Program-made: the position numbers and the translations under genes | The notes under the pieces: generated by a model | Told to the model about the DNA's origin: nothing | Databases searched by the model: none | The model's input: the letters and a program-made list of their open reading frames with translations, nothing else | Assembly: GCA_964506755.1 (NCBI GenBank) | Contig: CAZDMH010000014.1 | Span: 2,364-34,363 of the forward strand | Direction: 5' to 3' | DNA length: 32,000 nucleotides | From: an uncultured Spirochaetales bacterium | GTDB lineage: Bacteria > Spirochaetota > Spirochaetia > DAHUYW01 | Shown: positions 24,901-30,017 of the stretch, in pieces | Position numbering within the stretch: the stretch's first letter is position 1 | Layout: every line of letters begins with the position of its first letter

Positions 24901-25452
24901 CGCTATGGCCGATGCGTTGTCCTTGCTGACCTTCATGACGTTGCCCGACACAACCTTAAGCTCGCGTTCGTTGATCTTGGCGAACTCGTCTTTCAGCTCA
25001 GGGATGCTCTTCTCAATTCCTTGCATCCTGACAACGGCATCTTTGATGCGCTTCCCGACCGCATCGACGAACTCCGATTCCTGATGAAGGCGCTTGAGGT
25101 TCTCTTCTACCCGTCCGGTCATCTGGACGAGATCGGCCAAAGCCTGGTCATATTCGTTCATTCGAGTGCTGAGCTTCTCGAATCCCTTGGCTCGATCGCC
25201 AATGCCGTCCTCCACATTCGAAATGTGCTTGACGATCTCTTTTGCAGTCCGCTGATGAACGTCGAGCTCTATCGAGAGGTTCTTGAGCTCCGTCGTTTTC
25301 GATTCGACGAACTCACTCAGCTGATCTCTGACCTTGTCGGAGAAGCGTTTCACCTTGTCGAGTGATCTGTTGTTGCGGTCCAGCTGCCGATAAACGACGA
25401 GAACGAGTATCACTATTAATAGAGTGATAATGTTTCCTATCGTCAGAATCAT
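21985..25452 (-). CDS. 1155-aa membrane-anchored coiled-coil protein with a C-terminal helix-turn-helix-like tail
   Basis: GGGAGAG upstream of the ATG. N-terminal TM ILTIGNIITLLIVILVLVV is followed by YRQLDRNNRSLDKVKR (positive-inside rule, so the body is cytoplasmic). About 1080 aa are E/K/R/L/Q-rich, Pro-poor sequence. The last ~40 aa read TRDMVTRLAHQGWKVPQIAQATKLSRGEVELILELL. Confidence 0.8.
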   Translation of the reverse strand: MILTIGNIITLLIVILVLVVYRQLDRNNRSLDKVKRFSDKVRDQLSEFVESKTTELKNLSIELDVHQRTAKEIVKHISNVEDGIGDRAKGFEKLSTRMNEYDQALADLVQMTGRVEENLKRLHQESEFVDAVGKRIKDAVVRMQGIEKSIPELKDEFAKINERELKVVSGNVMKVSKDNASAIAKELEKAEKSVERFSEYLAGLEARRDGMEAETVRNLEQVFQGFIKNAQGTGDELRGQFETNLNLLLDKATENGKGVTDRIAKLHSELKEQVVETERTIIEKLDAFQERVNTIEQSYQENIRDVAEKARNLEDDVFVQLKSHIESRAREVQKLLTSSFNETKASLEESRKELDQMFGESRSQITVWQAEIQKLIEDKEGEFSERYGVFSADVDNNLTTLASETAKRKEEQRNELNAFVSEMNITVRDLESSLRDRLNNVEELIEEKESSFRTSLGEIDERNNGLADDVIERFSSQVGRFEEDMTGRLTEVETKVADYEADVAYRMGKIEAVNIDIEELDRNLRSIMEKVRIKIETDFDEWTKQLAERREAERQRVEEELAVIHASVEEVEHGLTDLKSRAYENVSEKLQVFEDDFFADLKVRTDGLNERLEEWQSSIGSRMDEIASEADQSRTETLDRFSTEMRERIAEARQAAMNLISQELEGHSERVGERVSQYERTVEQEFGGITEQLEARKSDIQAMLDATRSDVASWQEKILAQVKEAEDRIGKDLEELRVEFEHEKGELITGSEEERTRLREDLARVGADVDRLEADLKQRSADAISEFRQQYDLFMKDLQAKTHELAGEADQRLRDLRSSSQESYDRMEESQKRLASKIEESYKLLSQNLAEIEKKQKDFIAQTKIFNRADTLKVTLTEDIEQLKEQLEAVKAETKELKDLEKSFQKTKKLGDDVSSKLAKFLAEKHRIEVMEGDFKKLITISQSVDAKLDQVTGSHDELQAVQAEIRKLEELEKDVFAKYERLEGKDKILETTTDGVDKNFQQLESLEQQLQSLENGVKAMPKRLDDLSQRIEVLAKSKKDADSAVEQLSSLGSVLKDIEGRTEKMQQAREWLARTETRLEEISKQAEEQVKLLGSLLKDEAKQGKKDKGAPSLSTRDMVTRLAHQGWKVPQIAQATKLSRGEVELILELLPKSK

Positions 25453-25467
25453 GGTCTCTCCCAGTTT

Positions 25468-26133
25468 TCAAGAGGTGTGGATATACTTCATGATCGAGTC
25501 GCGCAGATCTCCGTACGAGGAGAAGGTGAGATCGGCCTTCGAATCTATCACCTTCCTGCTCGATAGATGCGCAGACTTCATGCCAACCTCTTTCGCACCA
25601 AGTATATCATACTTGTAGTGATTTCCAACATACATAATCTTGTCGGCAGGGAGCCCGAGGCGCTTCGAGAGCTCGAGGAACGGTTCCGGATTCGGCTTGA
25701 GATACCCGGTTTCTTCGGAGGAAAAGGCACAATCAACGAGGTCGTCAAGTCCGAGATACTTGAGCTTGCGTTCCACCGGAAAGTCGGAGATGACAGCAAT
25801 CCGGAGCCCGCCGCTGTGTAGCCCTTCGAGACAATTGCGCACGCCGCTGTAGGCAGAAATCCCTTGGAAGGTTTCCTCCCAGCGACCGTAGATGTTCCGC
25901 TCGATGAGCTCAGCCGCGTGGTTCGTGGTTACGCGAAGCGAGACTGCGAGTAGCTCCGCCTGAAGGCCGCGGAAGTTGTGTATTGGCCGGATCATCCTGA
26001 TGGTTCTACGGATTTTTCCGAAGTGGCGCACGAGCCGCGCGTGGGTAAGGAAGAACGGGATGGATCGAAGATACATCTTGTGATTTGGGTACAGGGTACC
26101 GTCGAGGTCGAAGGCTACCGCCTGTATGTCCAT
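25468..26133 (-). CDS. HAD superfamily hydrolase (221 aa)
   Basis: Motif I AFDLDGTLY (DxDxT), motif II VISDF, a conserved Lys (YLKPNPEPF), and motif IV-like VGNHYKYDILGA. Confidence 0.8.
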   Translation of the reverse strand: MDIQAVAFDLDGTLYPNHKMYLRSIPFFLTHARLVRHFGKIRRTIRMIRPIHNFRGLQAELLAVSLRVTTNHAAELIERNIYGRWEETFQGISAYSGVRNCLEGLHSGGLRIAVISDFPVERKLKYLGLDDLVDCAFSSEETGYLKPNPEPFLELSKRLGLPADKIMYVGNHYKYDILGAKEVGMKSAHLSSRKVIDSKADLTFSSYGDLRDSIMKYIHTS

Positions 26134-26134
26134 T

Positions 26135-27289
26135 CTACCTCGCAGTATCTGCTTGTATTACGTACTGCAGTGTTCCTTGTGCCACCTGGTCGCCGCCAAC
26201 CGGCTGAAAGCGCCACTTTTCCATCCAAGCCTCCAGCGCGCTGTTCAACTCAGGATAAACCAACGACGGCGTGATATTCAAGACATTGACGTTTCCAGAG
26301 GGTGAGACGCTGAACGCGATTTTCAGCTCGATAGTTGGAGGAATCTCATTCAGATACTGCTCCGGAATCTTGAACGGTTCCGGCTGCTGCATCACACGTC
26401 GTTGCGCCGAATCGCTCTTCCATTGGATGTTTGGTCCAGTCGAGGAGGGCGCGGATTGCGAACCGACGCTTCCTGATCCGCCTGTGGAGCCGCCTGCCGC
26501 GGCACCCGATTGACCTCCGGCGGCGCCGGACGCTCCGGATGTCGACGGCGCGCCTTGACTACTCGACGAGCTGCCCGGAGAGGGGCTCGAGGAACCGGCC
26601 GCCGCCGCAAGATCTGAGTTGAAGATGCTGGTGGGGGCCTGAGTCTTGGGACCGTAGAAGGTCTGCGACTGACCCTGGTCCGTTTCAGTGCCGGCTCCGC
26701 CGGCCCCTTGTGGCGGTGACGAGCTCTGCTGTGCTCCTTGCGGATAGTTGACGCCGGGCCTGGCCGACTGCGGGCCGGTTACGGGACCGCTGCGCTGTGA
26801 TGTCGGGCCGGTGACGCCGGTCAAGTTCGTTGACGTTCCGCCACCCGTGCTTGTCATGCTCTGCGGGATATTGGGGCCTCGAGGAATCGCCGTAGCCTGT
26901 GACGGGACCGGCGAGGGTGCCGCAGAAGGCTGTTGCCGGGAGGCGACCGAGGGGCTCGCCGGCACCTTCGTCGCGGGCTGATCGGACGGGGAGACCACAC
27001 TATCGGGGGAAGAGACACTGGTCTGCGCGGCTGACTGAGATTCTTCGGTCGACGCCGTCGGCTGCCGGGCAGATGCTTTCTCGGGCGAGGCCGCTTTTGT
27101 CTGGGTGGCGGTGAGCTCGCTGAGAGAATTGCCTTCCAGGTTGACGTATACCGACACCGGCGGGGAGATACTCCGGAAGGGGGCCGCCGGAGGCCAATGC
27201 AGCCCCATCAACAGGACGAAAATAACGGCGTAACCGACGAGCACGATGCCTGTGCTGAGGGCAAGCCGCTCTCGGTCCTTCAAATCCAT
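26135..27289 (-). CDS. TonB/TolA-like energy-transducer protein (384 aa) with a very long uncharged low-complexity linker
   Basis: GGAGAG upstream of the ATG. N-terminal TM LALSTGIVLVGYAVIFVLLMGL. A linker of about 225 aa rich in S/P/G/A/Q/T. C-terminal TonB_C-like domain IELKIAFSVSPSGNVNVLNITPS..YPELNSALEAWMEKWRFQP. Located directly after exbB-exbD. Confidence 0.7.
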   Translation of the reverse strand: MDLKDRERLALSTGIVLVGYAVIFVLLMGLHWPPAAPFRSISPPVSVYVNLEGNSLSELTATQTKAASPEKASARQPTASTEESQSAAQTSVSSPDSVVSPSDQPATKVPASPSVASRQQPSAAPSPVPSQATAIPRGPNIPQSMTSTGGGTSTNLTGVTGPTSQRSGPVTGPQSARPGVNYPQGAQQSSSPPQGAGGAGTETDQGQSQTFYGPKTQAPTSIFNSDLAAAAGSSSPSPGSSSSSQGAPSTSGASGAAGGQSGAAAGGSTGGSGSVGSQSAPSSTGPNIQWKSDSAQRRVMQQPEPFKIPEQYLNEIPPTIELKIAFSVSPSGNVNVLNITPSLVYPELNSALEAWMEKWRFQPVGGDQVAQGTLQYVIQADTAR

Positions 27290-27304
27290 CGACTCTCCGC
27301 TCTC

Positions 27305-27721
27305 CTATTGACTCGGCCCGACCGGGAGCAACTTCAAGTTGACTCCCGTGAATCCGTTCTTCCTTAGATCGTCGAGCACCTTGATCATCAAGTCATAAGA
27401 TATACTCTTGTCTCCCTCCAAGACAACTGAATGGATCGATTCACGCTCCTTCGCGGTGAGCTGCGACAAACGCGTGTCCAAGCTCTGAAGGTCGTATTTC
27501 TCCTTGTTGAGGTAGATCTCGCTCGGTGAGACCACCGTCACGACGAGTCGGGTCATGACGACAGGCTCGGCGGTTGAGGATTGCGGAAGTAGCAGGCGAA
27601 TGCCCGGTGTGACGACGAAGGTGCTCGTCACCATGAAGAAGAACACGAGTTGGAATGCGATATCGATCATGGGAATGAGGTTGATCTGATTGATCGGCGC
27701 GAGACGTCTTCGAAACTGCAT
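27305..27721 (-). CDS. exbD: ExbD/TolR family biopolymer transport protein (138 aa)
   Basis: INLIPMIDIAFQLVFFFMV TM signature and typical size. The start abuts the exbB stop with no gap. Confidence 0.85.
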   Translation of the reverse strand: MQFRRRLAPINQINLIPMIDIAFQLVFFFMVTSTFVVTPGIRLLLPQSSTAEPVVMTRLVVTVVSPSEIYLNKEKYDLQSLDTRLSQLTAKERESIHSVVLEGDKSISYDLMIKVLDDLRKNGFTGVNLKLLPVGPSQ

Positions 27722-28330
27722 CTACCTTCCCTTCACCAGAAGCAGAACCATCTCGCCTACTCGGTTTTCGAGTCTGATGATGATATGATTCACCTTCGAG
27801 ACGAGATGATTGTAGAATGCGATCGAAGGTATCGCAACGATAATCCCAGCGGCTGTGGTAAGCAACGCTACGGCGATCCCCCGGCCCAGCACGCTTGGAT
27901 CGTTTACGACGCCGCTTGATCCGAGTACCCCGAACGCCTGTATGGTACCTACGACGGTACCAAGGAGGCCCAGCAGGGTCGCGACATTGGCGATTGTTCC
28001 GAGAGTCGGGAGGAAGCGCTCGAGGCGAGGAATCTCGAGGTTTGCCGCGGCCAAGATCGCCTCTTTGATTGCCGATTCGGAATGCTCGTGGTGCTCGATT
28101 CCGACCCGCATGAGGTTCGTAATAGGAGCCGGGCTGCTTTCACATATACTGAGCGCTTCGTCGAAATGACCTTTTTCCAGCGTTGCCCTCAACCGACTAA
28201 TCATCTGATCTTCATCGACTCGGATTCGGCGGAAAAAGATCAAGCGCTCGATAATGATCACGGCGGCAATGAGAGACAGGAGGATGATGACTATCATCAC
28301 GATGCCGCCCTTCTGAATGAGAAACACCAT
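27722..28330 (-). CDS. exbB: MotA/TolQ/ExbB family proton channel (202 aa)
   Basis: Three TM segments and the LGTIANVATLLGLLGTVVGTIQAF signature. GAGGAG lies 8 nt upstream of the ATG. Confidence 0.85.
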   Translation of the reverse strand: MVFLIQKGGIVMIVIILLSLIAAVIIIERLIFFRRIRVDEDQMISRLRATLEKGHFDEALSICESSPAPITNLMRVGIEHHEHSESAIKEAILAAANLEIPRLERFLPTLGTIANVATLLGLLGTVVGTIQAFGVLGSSGVVNDPSVLGRGIAVALLTTAAGIIVAIPSIAFYNHLVSKVNHIIIRLENRVGEMVLLLVKGR

Positions 28331-28373
28331 TCTAGTTACTCCTCATAAGGATTTCTCGCCATAGTTGGACCGT

Positions 28374-30017
28374 CTACAGAGATATTCGAGTGGTCACGGT
28401 GACCCGGAATCCGGGCTCGTAGTAGTAGTTCCATGTCTTTCGGCCGGAGCTGAGCGGAGACAGCAGGTCGTTCATGTTCAAATGGAAGCTCACGCCGCTC
28501 GATACACGAAGGTATCCCGAAAGGGATATATTGGGCATCTCTGCGGCGAACGGCGAAATGGTGTCCAGGTTCATCGTTCCTGACAACGCGCCGCCGTATC
28601 GACCGTTTGTGTCACTCAACTCTGCATCGACGTTGAAGCTGCTCAAAGGTACGAATGGTCCCGGATTCAGGAAGTTGCCTTTCCAGCCGAGCTTCAACGA
28701 GAACGGACCGGTGGGATCCCACGAGAGCTCCGCCGACGGACCGAGCACCGTCGCACGGCCCTGCGTGAAGGAAAACAATCCGGTACCGGCCTGCGCCGAA
28801 CCGGGGAGTACGGCTGCGCTTGCGTCGGAGAAATCCACGCCGCTCTGAAGCCCGAGCGCAGGACCGAAATGCCAGCTCGCGCTCGCTCCTCCATACCACT
28901 CGAGCGAAGGCACCAGGTTCGTGCTCTGATCGAGGAACGGATACTCTGTCCAGAGGTCGAAGTAGCTCTGACGATCCACTCGATAGCCTCCATAGAGGCG
29001 GTACGTCAGAAGGTCCTTGTACACCCCGTCGAGCTCGAGGGAGAACGGGATCGCCCACCGAATGGTCTTTTCCCATTCCGCTCCGACGCTCCCTTTGAGG
29101 GTGAGGGCCAGGGGAAGCTCGGCACTCATGGAGAGCGTGCCGCCTGCAGTCTGTCCAACTGACTGCACCGGTCCGGTAGTTTGCGTAGCGCTATAGTACC
29201 CGGTGAGCGTGCCGTTCACCTTCGAGAAATTCAGGCCGAGATTCAGCGCCGGGTTTACCGCCAACTCCTGTGCGTTCAGGGCATTTGTCGGAGAAGGACC
29301 GGCGAGACTCATATCTCCACTTGTCGCACCGATGCTCACGCCGAAGGTGAATGGTGAGGCGCCGGCGTACTCCGCTTTCGCCGCCCCGGAAATGAATCGA
29401 TGGGTGACCGAGCTGTAGGTGTTCGCGTTTCCCTGGAGCCCGTCTTCAGTCTCACGGTAATAGTCGTGGGTATCGAAGTTGAACACGTTCTTCGCGGAAT
29501 AGGTCAGGCTGCCGACGAGCGCATCCTTCCGATTGAAGAAACCGGCACCGGCCGGTTGGAAGGTGCTCGTCGACGAAGGTGCCAGATAGCCATCGAGTCG
29601 TTCGTGCGAGAATTCGATGTTGAACCTCGGGTCGCTTCCGAGCTTGTAGAGGGTAATGTCCCCGATGATGTGGTTCATCGATCCGGCACCGATCAAGCCG
29701 TCACTGAAGAAACTCGCCTGAGACTGGGAAGTGGTCTGTACCGAAGTCCCGTTCGGACCCTGAGTCGGGACTGGAACATCGTAGGCGGCGCTTCCGAGCT
29801 TGATGTTCTGTACCTGGGGCAGAGCGACGTCGATTTGCGGCAATGAAGGGGCCTGTTCCTCAGGCAGCGGAGTGTCGATCTTCTCCTGAGTAACGTCTTG
29901 CACTTTGAGCAGGATCGGCGGAAGGACGATTTCGGGCTCGGACGGCTCCACCTGCTGCGCCGGGAGCGCTGCCGCGGCGACCAGCGCTACGAATAGCCCA
30001 TAGACAACCTCTTTCAC
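28374..30017 (-). CDS. Secreted protein of unknown family (547 aa), predicted outer-membrane beta-barrel
   Basis: GTG start at 30017 forms a GTGA overlap with the TPR gene stop. Signal peptide (V)KEVVYGLFVALVAAAALPA|QQ. A P/E/Q-rich N-terminal extension is followed by more than 450 aa rich in G/S/T/Y/F/L with an alternating pattern, ending ...GFRVTVTTRISL. I recognise no family motif. Confidence 0.55.
   Translation of the reverse strand: MKEVVYGLFVALVAAAALPAQQVEPSEPEIVLPPILLKVQDVTQEKIDTPLPEEQAPSLPQIDVALPQVQNIKLGSAAYDVPVPTQGPNGTSVQTTSQSQASFFSDGLIGAGSMNHIIGDITLYKLGSDPRFNIEFSHERLDGYLAPSSTSTFQPAGAGFFNRKDALVGSLTYSAKNVFNFDTHDYYRETEDGLQGNANTYSSVTHRFISGAAKAEYAGASPFTFGVSIGATSGDMSLAGPSPTNALNAQELAVNPALNLGLNFSKVNGTLTGYYSATQTTGPVQSVGQTAGGTLSMSAELPLALTLKGSVGAEWEKTIRWAIPFSLELDGVYKDLLTYRLYGGYRVDRQSYFDLWTEYPFLDQSTNLVPSLEWYGGASASWHFGPALGLQSGVDFSDASAAVLPGSAQAGTGLFSFTQGRATVLGPSAELSWDPTGPFSLKLGWKGNFLNPGPFVPLSSFNVDAELSDTNGRYGGALSGTMNLDTISPFAAEMPNISLSGYLRVSSGVSFHLNMNDLLSPLSSGRKTWNYYYEPGFRVTVTTRISL

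Noticed and set aside
26440-26620. GC-rich, Gly/Ser/Ala-coding stretch in the TonB-like gene, considered as a tandem repeat or phase-variation tract
   Set aside because: Reading the DNA, I find no perfect tandem unit or homopolymer. The repetitiveness is compositional only.
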